From IMG/VR virus record IMGVR_UViG_3300033406_000395, positions 1-36,865 of that record: 36,865 nucleotides of DNA. One strand, given 5' to 3'. Numbering within the stretch: position 1 is the stretch's first letter; each line of letters starts with the position of its first letter. The notes beneath the pieces are model-generated. The model was not told the DNA's origin, made no database searches, and saw only the letters and a program-made list of their open reading frames with translations. Source of the stretch: a virus. Taxonomy: Duplodnaviria; Caudoviricetes. A program made the position numbers and the translations under genes. This document shows positions 7,623 to 17,290 of the stretch, piece by piece.

Positions 7623-7994
7623 ATGGCATATATTCATTTGTTTGACGGCGCAACCCAGATCAGCGAGGGCACGGGGCTTGCACCAGTTACTTTCGGCCCG
7701 CTGAACGCATCAGAGAACGAAGTGAGCGCGGCCAAGGCATTGACAATCAAAACCGAGGCTAATTACGTGACGTATGGCAGCACTGTGGTGGAATTTACTG
7801 GCGGGGCGACAGCCTCGAAGTTTTCGGTGTGCGCCACGGCGGACGGCACGTACGGCCCGACGCTGACGATTACCGACCCGATCACCGAAGCCGGCACGAC
7901 GATTTACATACGTTGCCAGGCAACAGATGACGAATCGCCCGTTAACGACACGACGGTCGACATCAAAATCAGCGCCACGGTGGCAGTTGTCTAA
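7623..7994 (+). CDS. Small all-beta putative virion protein
   Basis: Thr/Ala/Val-rich, GGAGG RBS, first gene after the late motif. Confidence 0.7.
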   Translation: MAYIHLFDGATQISEGTGLAPVTFGPLNASENEVSAAKALTIKTEANYVTYGSTVVEFTGGATASKFSVCATADGTYGPTLTITDPITEAGTTIYIRCQATDDESPVNDTTVDIKISATVAVV

Positions 7995-8006
7995 TTGGCT
8001 CATTAC

Positions 8007-8038
8007 AAGGGGGAGGGGGTAAAACTCCTCTCCTTTTT
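8007..8038 (+). terminator. Probable attenuating terminator
   Basis: G-rich/C-rich hairpin followed by T5. Confidence 0.55.
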
Positions 8039-8059
8039 GCATATCGGAGGTGAAACCCC

Positions 8060-10618
8060 TTGATTATCGACTTAGCTGCGCCGCCCAAGATTCGGCGTGA
8101 ACCATACCTGGAGTACGAATTTGTCGCCGACTTAGACGATGGAGGCGCCAAAATACTGTTTAATGACCCCACGCTGTCGTACAACCATCTGGTAGCCCTA
8201 GAGATCGGAGATAAGCTATTACGCTTCCAATTGGTTGGGGCGCAGCCTACAACCACCATACCTGGCGACGATTACTTGATATATCCTTCGGTCCTTCCGA
8301 ATATCGATTTGTGCTATGACCTTTATGCCGGCCGCTTAAAAGAGACTTTGGTTATTAACAGCGCCCAGGCGCAGCACGAATTCAGCTTCGATCTCGAAAC
8401 CAACGGCGTGACGGCAAGCTTGCAGCCGGACAACTCGATTGTCTACAAGGACGCCGCGGATAATGTTGTTTGGACCATCAATGCGCCATTCTCCGTCGAT
8501 GCTAACGGAGCCACAGTCGAAACTTACCTGCAGTTTAGCGACGGCCAATACATTGTCGGCGTTTCTCCGGCAACTGACGCCGCTTACCCGATCAGGGTTG
8601 ATCCGACAGTGACGCTACCATCAGCCTATATCTGGAATGCGCAAGGCAATACTGTCACAGTCACGCTTGCCCCATATCGTTTAGCGGTCGGGCGCGCAGA
8701 TGGGTCACGACCAATCCCCTCTTTGACGGTTTATAACCAGCGCAAATATGGGTCGACCTATTACACCGCAACCAACACCACAAACGCATCTACCAAATAT
8801 CAATTTTTTGACAAGGATAACGTAGCGGTGTCCGAACAGTTTGATTTTGCAGTGGATTCTGTCACCTATATAGGTTCTATCTCTGTTCCGTCAAACGCCT
8901 ACACAATTGAATTTGTCGGCGTAGCAAACGGCAGTGCTTCATTCCCTGTTACCAATATCCTGCAACTAAAAACAGCTGAATGCGCCGCCAACGCATCCCA
9001 TTGGGATTTCACCCAAAAGGTGCTGCCGTATTACACGGATACAGCGGTCCACTACAGTGTCCCCAAAGCATCGTTCAACAGCTCCACTAGCGGACAAGCA
9101 GTATCGGAAACCTATGATGCGCCGTTTGGTACGACTTTTACGGCAGGGTCTATTTCCGTATCCAGCGAGAGATCTCCTTATAGCTACATCAAAGACTGCT
9201 ACGTTGACCTATATACCACCGATGGTACGCTATACGGCAGCACCAGTATTCCGTATCCATCAACAGCACCCGGCTCTGGCTATAATACCCGAGGAACGAC
9301 AGTGACAGTGCCGGCAGGCATTGCCCGAATCACTCTTCGCGGCACAAAGTACACGGCTAGCACAGCAATTTATTGGCCAACTGTATATTTTAACGTAGGG
9401 ACTTCCGTGCCGGAATATGGCACGGCCAAGTACGCATTAACGCTGACCAGCGATGTGCAAGACATTCCTATTTCGCCCGGATTCGTAAATTTGCATCCGG
9501 CCAATCCATTTAAAACCTACGTCTGTTATGGAGCCGATGTGCCGGGGAACTATGTTGAGTCATCTACAGTTACGGGCGTAACAGGGGCTGTCGCAAACAT
9601 AAAAGTCTCTCTAACAGCAAATGAAACCGCGCGGCCAACAACTGCGATTAGCAACATCTGTTTGGCTTCGTCGCCTTATACCTCCGCCAATCTCACCGTC
9701 GATTCCAAGCGCTGCATAGCCCAAACCATTAATCTTAACAGCGACACAGTCCGGTCTCTTTTGGCTTCGGCAAATTCCCAAGCCGATACTTCCCGCAGCA
9801 CCGTTTCTGGCCAAACAGCCTATGCAGACAGCATGAGACAAACCCTAGCTGACACTACCGCTTTTGCCGACACCAAACGCCAAGTGTCCTTACTTCATTC
9901 AGCAAATGCGCTTATAGACGCCCTGCGCAAAGTTATTAAAAGTTCGGAACTCATAACGGACACGAAACGGGCGACCGCAAAATATGACTCCGTGACTTCC
10001 GATACTCTGCGCAAAACATTAGCAGCTGTCGCCAACCAGTTTGATATTTCGAGGAATACATTGGCTGCCATTATTTTGTTTACTGACGCAAAAAGGTCGC
10101 TGGCCAAATCCGTTCTTGCTGCAGCCGATACCGCACGCGGATTATCCATTTCAGTTCTCGTCAACGCCGACACGAAGCGCGGCATCGGCGTAGCTTTATC
10201 CGGGTTAGTCACCGTGGATACCGTTCGCGCCGTAATCAAAAACATTTCCGGCAATTATGACAGCACCCGGCGCATTGCAGCGTTCCGCTCAGCTTCGGCA
10301 GATACCAAGAGGCGATTGGCCGCTCCAAATATCAGCACAAGCGATCTCACGCGTCGCATTGGAACCGCAGCACAAACAAACGCAGATACCGGCCGCAAAA
10401 TAAATGCCGTAGTTATCAATCGTTTCGATTCTTCACGCAAACTGAAAGGCGTTGTCCATGCTGTTTATGATACGAAACGGGTATTCGGCACCCCTCTTAT
10501 CCTCATATTCGATACGAAGCGCACAATCAAAAGCGGCATCTGGCCATATATCAAGAGGCACGAATTAAATATCCAAATCCAAAACCGGCGCATAACAATC
10601 TTGTCATTTACAGACTAA
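8060..10618 (+). CDS. Large modular protein: WapA/RHS-type N-terminal-like domain, beta modules, about 20 DxxR repeats
   Basis: GRLKE...WTINAP..DANG...YPIRVDPTV; 14-aa periodic D-T-x-R repeats; TTG start with GGAGGTG. Confidence 0.7.
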   Translation: MIIDLAAPPKIRREPYLEYEFVADLDDGGAKILFNDPTLSYNHLVALEIGDKLLRFQLVGAQPTTTIPGDDYLIYPSVLPNIDLCYDLYAGRLKETLVINSAQAQHEFSFDLETNGVTASLQPDNSIVYKDAADNVVWTINAPFSVDANGATVETYLQFSDGQYIVGVSPATDAAYPIRVDPTVTLPSAYIWNAQGNTVTVTLAPYRLAVGRADGSRPIPSLTVYNQRKYGSTYYTATNTTNASTKYQFFDKDNVAVSEQFDFAVDSVTYIGSISVPSNAYTIEFVGVANGSASFPVTNILQLKTAECAANASHWDFTQKVLPYYTDTAVHYSVPKASFNSSTSGQAVSETYDAPFGTTFTAGSISVSSERSPYSYIKDCYVDLYTTDGTLYGSTSIPYPSTAPGSGYNTRGTTVTVPAGIARITLRGTKYTASTAIYWPTVYFNVGTSVPEYGTAKYALTLTSDVQDIPISPGFVNLHPANPFKTYVCYGADVPGNYVESSTVTGVTGAVANIKVSLTANETARPTTAISNICLASSPYTSANLTVDSKRCIAQTINLNSDTVRSLLASANSQADTSRSTVSGQTAYADSMRQTLADTTAFADTKRQVSLLHSANALIDALRKVIKSSELITDTKRATAKYDSVTSDTLRKTLAAVANQFDISRNTLAAIILFTDAKRSLAKSVLAAADTARGLSISVLVNADTKRGIGVALSGLVTVDTVRAVIKNISGNYDSTRRIAAFRSASADTKRRLAAPNISTSDLTRRIGTAAQTNADTGRKINAVVINRFDSSRKLKGVVHAVYDTKRVFGTPLILIFDTKRTIKSGIWPYIKRHELNIQIQNRRITILSFTD

Positions 10619-10633
10619 CCAGGAGGTGACACC

Positions 10634-13084
10634 ATGGCCTATATCGATTTTACTGAGAACTGCGCCATCCGGCGCGAACAATACGACCAATACGAGTTTC
10701 AAGCTGAACTCGGCGGCACCCTGGTACTGCTAAATGACAGCGCCGAAACCTATAACCATTTGGCCGCAATTAAAGTCGGGGACAAACTGCTCCGCTTCAC
10801 GTTGGCTGAAGCAGCCCCGACCGGCACTATTCTCTTTAACGATAATATTTGCTACCAGGATGTGTTCCCGGACGTTAGCCTTTACTACACGACCGAACCG
10901 GGGCGCTTAAAAGAATATTTTTTGATTAATAGCCAAGACTGCCGGCAATCCTTCACTTTCCTTTTGGAACAAGAAGGCACCACAGCTACCCTAAAGGCAG
11001 ACAACAGCATCGAGTTCCGTGATGCGGCTGACAATCTCGTTTGGACAATCGATGCGCCAACCGCAACGGATGCGGCCGGAAAAGATGTGCCGACCACTAT
11101 AGCTTTTAATGGATCAAGTTATACCATCGGAATTACTCCGGACGCCAATACCCAATTCCCGGTTTGTTTGGATCCGACCGTTAATGTATCTAATACCGTT
11201 ACGGCATGGTATCAAGGCCTCACGTATTCCACTGTCAATCTTGGGCCGAAACGGTATCAAGTGGGGCGCTTGGGATATACCGAACTCCTTACCAGCGTTG
11301 AGTTATTTAGCAACCGCCAATGGAAAGACATAGCCACAGCCGTCACCACAACTGTCTATGACAACAGTAGCCCTTACGTCAAAACATGGTATCAGTGGTA
11401 TGACAAAAATAATGTTCCGCTTGCAGAAAAGGCCGATCTGGTGGTATCAAGTTCGACCAGAAAAGTTTTGCTGACCGTTCCGGCCGATGCTTACTGGCTG
11501 GAACTGACCGGCCAAGTTGCCGGTGTTGCCAGCACGATTCAGGCCTATAGCCAAACCTACCTTAATAGCCTGAATTACGATGATACAAAAACAAGCCAGT
11601 GGGAAATGGGCGACAACGTTAACTTTCCAGGTGGCCAGCGATCGTCGTCTATGAAATCTCACTTAGGTCCAATCCCGGCATCGGCAGACGGGACGCCTTT
11701 TACCCGCACCGTTTATGCTTACCCAGGACAATCATTTTATGCCGGGACGATATATATTTACGCTTATCGGGATTCGAACGGCTATATCGGCGACGCAACA
11801 ATAAACGCATACAATGCTGCAGGAACTCTATTGTCGTCAGTGGCGGTCGATACCAGTACAAACGGGAAAAGCACCAGTTTCCCCGTTCCCGCCAGTACAG
11901 CTCGCATCGAGGCGTCCGGAACGTTCCGGTCTTTAACAGCCAACGCCAGTACGGCTTACATCGCATATAATCTGTTTTACTTGACGTCCCCATCTACAAC
12001 GACCGTGCTTGTATTTCAAGCCGCAAGAGATTATTCTGGCGCCCGCTATGCGCCGGAGTTATCACCTGATATGGGCATTACGCCGCGATGTTTCGTTTCC
12101 ATTAACAGCCAGACTGATTATGTCGAAACAAACAAAATTACCGCCAGCAAAGGCGATATGGTTTACATCAAACTTATGCGCCAATCCGGCGATGCGACTT
12201 CATATAAACTTCAATCAACTTGTCTTGTTTTGATCCCCGAATACTTTGAAGCCCTTATGAATGGCGACCTTGTCCGTAAACTCATATCATCTACAGCCAG
12301 CCTTGCCGACACAAACAGAAGGGCCGCGTGCAATGCTCTGACTAATGGTGATACTCTGCGCCAATCTGTCCGCGCTTTTATCATTAACAGCGATACCATT
12401 CGGCGCGTAACCAAAGGAGTACTCCAGGTTATCCCCGCCGATACGGCTCGGAAAATCACCAAACGTATTGCCGCTTATGCCGACACCAAACGTAAGGCGG
12501 CCGCAAATAATAACTTTGTTTCCGATACCAAACGGCGTATCAAAGCCGCCGTTAATACGCTTAGTGATTCCATCCGTTCTGTCTGCGCCAATACCCTAAG
12601 TTATTTTGATTCCAAGCGGATCGTCGCCATAGCCACATGGGAGTACCAAAAAGACTGCTCCATTCAAATCGACATCGAAGGCGACTCCCAAACAATGTCT
12701 CTTAACCAATCCATAAATGTCAGCGCAATTTTATCGCCATTTAAAAGCGACCAACTAACTACAGGAGGTGGCCCATTCATGCTTATCCAAGGTACCCACG
12801 CGGTCATCAACATCAACGTGTTCCAAACAGCCGAAGAAGCTTTCGATTTGACCGATTGCGCCGTAAAACTCATCATCACGGCAGCTGACACGAAAGCGAA
12901 TTTCCTTGTTCCGGCCGCAATCTTAAACCCGATCGAAGGCAGAGCCTGCGCATACCTTGCACCGGAACACCTGCCAACAGGCGGCATGTACGAATACCAA
13001 GTCCAGGTCATCTTCCCCGACGGAACAGTATCCAAAACAGCAATCAGCGCCTTTTACGTCGCGGACTCGCTGCAGACTGCATAA
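10634..13084 (+). CDS. Paralogous modular protein with 9 DxxR repeats and C-terminal BppU-like adaptor domain
   Basis: N-terminal ~185 aa align with the 8060 protein; C-terminal FDLTDCAVKL...G.Y.YQVQVIFPDG. Confidence 0.7.
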   Translation: MAYIDFTENCAIRREQYDQYEFQAELGGTLVLLNDSAETYNHLAAIKVGDKLLRFTLAEAAPTGTILFNDNICYQDVFPDVSLYYTTEPGRLKEYFLINSQDCRQSFTFLLEQEGTTATLKADNSIEFRDAADNLVWTIDAPTATDAAGKDVPTTIAFNGSSYTIGITPDANTQFPVCLDPTVNVSNTVTAWYQGLTYSTVNLGPKRYQVGRLGYTELLTSVELFSNRQWKDIATAVTTTVYDNSSPYVKTWYQWYDKNNVPLAEKADLVVSSSTRKVLLTVPADAYWLELTGQVAGVASTIQAYSQTYLNSLNYDDTKTSQWEMGDNVNFPGGQRSSSMKSHLGPIPASADGTPFTRTVYAYPGQSFYAGTIYIYAYRDSNGYIGDATINAYNAAGTLLSSVAVDTSTNGKSTSFPVPASTARIEASGTFRSLTANASTAYIAYNLFYLTSPSTTTVLVFQAARDYSGARYAPELSPDMGITPRCFVSINSQTDYVETNKITASKGDMVYIKLMRQSGDATSYKLQSTCLVLIPEYFEALMNGDLVRKLISSTASLADTNRRAACNALTNGDTLRQSVRAFIINSDTIRRVTKGVLQVIPADTARKITKRIAAYADTKRKAAANNNFVSDTKRRIKAAVNTLSDSIRSVCANTLSYFDSKRIVAIATWEYQKDCSIQIDIEGDSQTMSLNQSINVSAILSPFKSDQLTTGGGPFMLIQGTHAVININVFQTAEEAFDLTDCAVKLIITAADTKANFLVPAAILNPIEGRACAYLAPEHLPTGGMYEYQVQVIFPDGTVSKTAISAFYVADSLQTA

Positions 13085-13098
13085 GGGGGCGAAGCAAT

Positions 13099-13605
13099 AT
13101 GGGTAACAAACGATTCGATTGGGAAGCCCTCAAAGTTGATTTTATGCGCGGCGGTTATGCGAACCTAAAAGAGTTCGCCGACGCAAAGGGAATCAGTCAT
13201 GGGACAATTAGAAACCGCTGTTCTGGCTGGATGGCCGAAAAAGCTAACTACAAAGAACGGGTAACAGACCTTGCCGTGTCTGGCACCTTGGCAATGGACG
13301 TTATGACCGTCACCGAACGCAATCTTTATCACGTCGAAGTGTGGGACAAGTTCTTGGCCATGGTTGTACGCTCATTCGAAAATGAGTACACCCTCTGCAC
13401 GGTTGACGGCGTGGTACGTGTGGCCGCATTAGAACGCTTGGCCAATGTAATGGAGAAAATCCAGAAGTGCCAACGACTCGCATTAGGAATGGATAATCCC
13501 AACAAAGACAATAAAGGATTATTTGCCGAGTTTACTGCTGCTATTAATGCGGCTAGATCGGGATGTGATGCTGATGGCAATTCAATTCAGCCCGAAGCAG
13601 ATTGA
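13099..13605 (+). CDS. terS: Terminase small subunit
   Basis: DWEALK.DF..G...HTH N-terminus; overlaps the large subunit. Confidence 0.75.
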   Translation: MGNKRFDWEALKVDFMRGGYANLKEFADAKGISHGTIRNRCSGWMAEKANYKERVTDLAVSGTLAMDVMTVTERNLYHVEVWDKFLAMVVRSFENEYTLCTVDGVVRVAALERLANVMEKIQKCQRLALGMDNPNKDNKGLFAEFTAAINAARSGCDADGNSIQPEAD

Positions 13606-14800
13606 TTTTCTCGTCAACAGCAATGCCCGAATCAACATAGCTGACGGGGCAGTGCGTTCAGGCAAAACCTTTATATTCAATGTAAGATGGCTCGATTATA
13701 TTATGAATGGCCCGCCCGGCACTCTCTTGATGGCTGGCAAGACGATCCACTCACTCGAACGCAATGTGCTGACCGCCAGCATGGGATTGTTCGAAATCCT
13801 CGGCGAAGGCAATTACAAGTACAACCGTTCAACCGGCGAACTCCAGGTAGGCGATCGCAAGATTATCTGTATCGGCGCATCGAACAACGCTTCAGAAGGT
13901 CGTATACGCGGCATGACTTTGGCTGGCGCCTTATGTGACGAAGTAACCCTGTTCCCCCAAAACTTCGTTGAACAGCTTCTGGCGCGGTGTTCCGTCGCTG
14001 GCAGTAAGCTGTTTTGGAACTGCAACCCGGATTCCCCGGGGCACTATATCAAAACTGACTACCTCGACAATGAAGACATCAAAGACTTGGTTAAGTCATT
14101 TCACTTCCTGATGGATGATAACCCAGCCTTGTCGCCCGAATACGTTGCAGGATTGAAGCGCTCGACAAAAGGGGTTTTCTTTAAACGGAACATCCTCGGC
14201 CAATGGGCGCAAGCCGAAGGCGTTATTTACGACATGTTCGATACCGACAAGCATGTAGTTTCTGAGTTGCCAGCTTCCTTTGATAAATATTACGTGACGG
14301 CCGATTACGGCACCATGAATCCCTGTGCGTTTCTCTTATTCGGCGTGAAGGGTGACATGCATTATCTAATCAAAGAGTATTACTACGACGGCCGCAAACA
14401 AAAAAAGCAGCGTACTGACTCAGAATACGCTGACGACCTACAGGCCTTCATGGCCAATTACAAAGTCGCCGGACTCGCTGTCGATCCGTCAGCGGCTTCC
14501 TGGATTGTCGAATTACGCAAGAGAAAGCTATACATTACACCCGCAAAAAACAGCGTACTGGATGGCATCCGCACCACGTCCACCCAGATCGCTTTAAATA
14601 AGTTATTCGTCCATAAATCATGTAAGAATACAATAAGCGAGTTCCAATCGTACAGTTGGGACGAGAAAGCATCTAAGCAGGGTGAAGACAAGCCGATCAA
14701 AGAAAATGACCATGCAATGGATGCCCTGAGATATTTCTTCAACACCTTCGCGAATCGGCCGCAACTCCGCGCCATGAATAGAAGTGCATTTGGCTTTTAA
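13574..14800 (+). CDS. terL: Terminase large subunit, PBSX family
   Basis: GAVRSGKT Walker A, ALCDE Walker B, CNPDSP, DYG, DHAMDALRY. Confidence 0.96.
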   Translation: MAIQFSPKQIDFLVNSNARINIADGAVRSGKTFIFNVRWLDYIMNGPPGTLLMAGKTIHSLERNVLTASMGLFEILGEGNYKYNRSTGELQVGDRKIICIGASNNASEGRIRGMTLAGALCDEVTLFPQNFVEQLLARCSVAGSKLFWNCNPDSPGHYIKTDYLDNEDIKDLVKSFHFLMDDNPALSPEYVAGLKRSTKGVFFKRNILGQWAQAEGVIYDMFDTDKHVVSELPASFDKYYVTADYGTMNPCAFLLFGVKGDMHYLIKEYYYDGRKQKKQRTDSEYADDLQAFMANYKVAGLAVDPSAASWIVELRKRKLYITPAKNSVLDGIRTTSTQIALNKLFVHKSCKNTISEFQSYSWDEKASKQGEDKPIKENDHAMDALRYFFNTFANRPQLRAMNRSAFGF

Positions 14801-14920
14801 CATTCAACTCGGACAAGCAGAAATGCAGTAATACCAGCAGTTGTACACCGTTTTGGTTATCCAACATGGACAAAGTGTCCGAGTCGAAATCTGCTTCAAA
14901 ATCATAAGGAGGAATTCTGT

Positions 14921-16231
14921 ATGCTGAGTTTCACATTGCCTTCCGACCCAATTCAATTGATCAAAGACCTGATTGATTACCACAAACAGAACCTGCTGCC
15001 CAGATATGAAAAACTGCAAGCCTACTATATGGGCCAGCACGATATCACTAAACGCCGTACAGAAGACGGCAAGCCGAATAACAAAGTCGTGAATCCGTAT
15101 CCGGATTTGATTATTTCGACCGTCGCCGGTTATATGCTTGGGCAGCCAGTCAAATACACATCCGAAGATGAAGCATATCTCCAAAACGTCCAGGATGTTC
15201 TTAGCTGCAATAATGAAGAGGATCACAACCTGGAAATCCTCAAGACATTTTCCGTGCAAGGGGAAGCGTTTGAGTTGGTATATTTGGATGAAAACGCCGA
15301 CATTTGCTTTGCCCAGCTTCCGAATGAACAGACCATCGCCATTTATGATGATTTGATCAAACCACAATTGCAATTGGTGTTGCGCTACTACCCGATCGGC
15401 AGTCTAAAAAAAGATGTCGATCCACAATACAAAGTTGAGTTGTACTGGCCGGATCGCATTGATTACTACAGCCAAGCGGGCGGCAATTATGTCCTGGACG
15501 ATTCTGTTACTCATTACTTCGGTCAAGTTCCTGTCGTGCATTACTTCAATAACAAAGAGTGTTCCGGCGATTTCGAGAAGATCTTGCCGCTGATCGATGA
15601 TTACGACAAGATTCTCAGTGACAACTCAAACGAACTTGAATATTTCCGGAATGCCTACATGGTGATTAAAGGATTTGGCGAAATATCGGAAGACGATCTG
15701 CGCAAGATGCGAAAATCTGGTGCTTTCATGTTGCCTGGTACTGGAGACAACGAAGATATTTCATTCATCACCAAAGACATGGATGATGCGGCCGTTATGA
15801 GTCAGTTGGAAACACTTGAAGCCAATATCCATAAGTTCGCCAATGTGCCGAACCTGACAGATGAGAACTTTGCCAGCAACGCATCCGGTGTCGCTATTAA
15901 ATACAAGCTGTGGGGCTTTGAACAACTGATCTGCGCGAAGGAACGCAAATTCAAGAACGCGCTAATAGCACGTTTGCGGCTTATCACGCTTGCCCTCAAT
16001 CTGAAAGGCCACAGCTTCGATTGGCAGCAGATTAAGCCTACTTTAACGCGCAACCTGCCTGCGAACGTTCTGGAACAGTCTCAGATTGTCGCGAATCTGA
16101 AAGACCTTCTGGATATCATTCCGCTAGAAGAATTGTTTGCCCAGTTGCCGTTCATCAAAGATCCCCAGGCGGCCGCAAAAGAAGCGTACGACAAGCTGGC
16201 ATCTAAACCCACGCTATCCCCTGCTGCGTAA
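14921..16231 (+). CDS. Portal protein, SPP1 gp6-like
   Basis: YYMGQHDI, PNNKVVN, LIDDYD...SD, NASGVAIKYKL. Confidence 0.95.
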   Translation: MLSFTLPSDPIQLIKDLIDYHKQNLLPRYEKLQAYYMGQHDITKRRTEDGKPNNKVVNPYPDLIISTVAGYMLGQPVKYTSEDEAYLQNVQDVLSCNNEEDHNLEILKTFSVQGEAFELVYLDENADICFAQLPNEQTIAIYDDLIKPQLQLVLRYYPIGSLKKDVDPQYKVELYWPDRIDYYSQAGGNYVLDDSVTHYFGQVPVVHYFNNKECSGDFEKILPLIDDYDKILSDNSNELEYFRNAYMVIKGFGEISEDDLRKMRKSGAFMLPGTGDNEDISFITKDMDDAAVMSQLETLEANIHKFANVPNLTDENFASNASGVAIKYKLWGFEQLICAKERKFKNALIARLRLITLALNLKGHSFDWQQIKPTLTRNLPANVLEQSQIVANLKDLLDIIPLEELFAQLPFIKDPQAAAKEAYDKLASKPTLSPAA

Positions 16232-16466
16232 CAACTAACACAAAACGGTAGCCTATAGGTGCAATTTGGTAGTAAAAAATGCCTTCTGTTCTTAACAAAC
16301 ACATTTTGGTAGCCTGTATCAGTGGATTTAGCATGTTTCTGGCAGCTGCCGCTATTAAAATGGCTACCATTTTGTGTTCATACGACCATTTTGTGTTAGT
16401 AGACATGATGTGGTAAAAAAGGGGCTACCGTTTTGTGTTAGTTGGCTACCATTTTGCGTCAGATAA
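16232..16466. repeat. Array of ~20-bp GGCTACCRTTTTGYGTYAG repeats including a perfect 22-bp inverted repeat
   Basis: 16232-16253 is the exact reverse complement of 16423-16444; further copies at 16294 (minus), 16362, 16381, 16444. Confidence 0.88.
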
Positions 16467-16467
16467 C

Positions 16468-16497
16468 AAAAAAGTCCAGAAACTGGACTTTTTCAAA
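16468..16497. repeat. AAAAAAGTCCAGAAACTGGACTTTTTCAAA palindrome (operator or bidirectional terminator)
   Basis: 29/30 identical to 29057-29086. Confidence 0.8.
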
Positions 16498-16518
16498 TAT
16501 GAATTTCCATTTGCCTTT

Positions 16519-17088
16519 TTATCTTTCGTCCATTGCCCTGCGAAGCGAGTCAATGAAGTCATCATCGTCTTCTTCCTCTGGAGAGATAACCAGTGGTGCA
16601 CTATTAGCAGGTGTTCGGCGTGCCGGACTAGCCGGAGCAGTTGGAACAGGGGGCGACACGGCTTCTGAATGAGATTCTCCTGATAGGTTAGTTCCCATTA
16701 TCAGTGATAGCATATGGTTTTGTATAGGCTGCCTCAAGGATTCGTAGGTAAGGCCAGTTGGAAGGGCAATAAGGTTGTTTTCTTCGAGAACGCGAATAGT
16801 GGCTTCGACTGCGGTCAATGCCCAACGCTGTGATTCTACATGGAGAGCCTGTATTCTATGCGAGATATCCTCCTCTCGTTGTGCTTGATCTTCTAGGATA
16901 GGCAGTATTGTCCGGTAACGCCTGGCGACTTCGCGCCAGCCATTGAACTCCTCTCCTCGTTCTAATTGGCGAACTTTTGTGTCACTTACATCCAAATACC
17001 TGGATACTAGACGTGTTGAGGCGTAGGTTCTTTCCTGTCTGCGTCGTTGTAAGTCGGCACCAATTTCTGCTATAGGTCTTGTTGCCAT
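16519..17088 (-). CDS. XRE-like HTH protein with Pro-rich linker and acidic C-terminus
   Basis: IGADLQRRR...VSRYLDVSDTKVRQLERG; AAGGTGG RBS; extended -10 TGnTATAAT at 17130-17138 (minus). Confidence 0.7.
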   Translation of the reverse strand: MATRPIAEIGADLQRRRQERTYASTRLVSRYLDVSDTKVRQLERGEEFNGWREVARRYRTILPILEDQAQREEDISHRIQALHVESQRWALTAVEATIRVLEENNLIALPTGLTYESLRQPIQNHMLSLIMGTNLSGESHSEAVSPPVPTAPASPARRTPANSAPLVISPEEEDDDDFIDSLRRAMDER

Positions 17089-17164
17089 GTTGTAGCCACC
17101 TTTCTGTTTTAAATATGCAAACAGGCACTATTATATCACATCAGGCTCACCAGCATTTAAAGCA

Positions 17165-17187
17165 GGCTACCATTTTGCGTCAGATAA
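17165..17187. repeat. 23-bp exact direct repeat of 16444-16466
   Basis: GGCTACCATTTTGCGTCAGATAA at both positions. Confidence 0.9.
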
Positions 17188-17290
17188 AAAAATCCTACCG
17201 TTGGACAGATTTGTTCATGAGTTCATGTGTAAATAGACCGATCCGATGCTAATACTGTTTATGAATAACGGATTAGGAGAGTGGTTAGAT

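Noticed and set aside
8060-13084. Diversity-generating retroelement or shufflon acting on the paralogous proteins
   Set aside because: No reverse transcriptase, no near-identical TR/VR pair with adenine-specific differences, and no inverted cassette copies seen
8060-13084. RHS/YD polymorphic toxins
   Set aside because: Only the N-terminal-like domain resembles them; no YD repeats, no DPxG core end, no immunity genes
14804-15373. Long antisense ORFs such as 14804-15373, 25394-25870 and 27738-28226
   Set aside because: Shadows of well-supported structural genes on the opposite strand
16232-16466. CRISPR array
   Set aside because: Repeats are in mixed orientation, degenerate and often abutting, with no regular unique spacers and no cas genes
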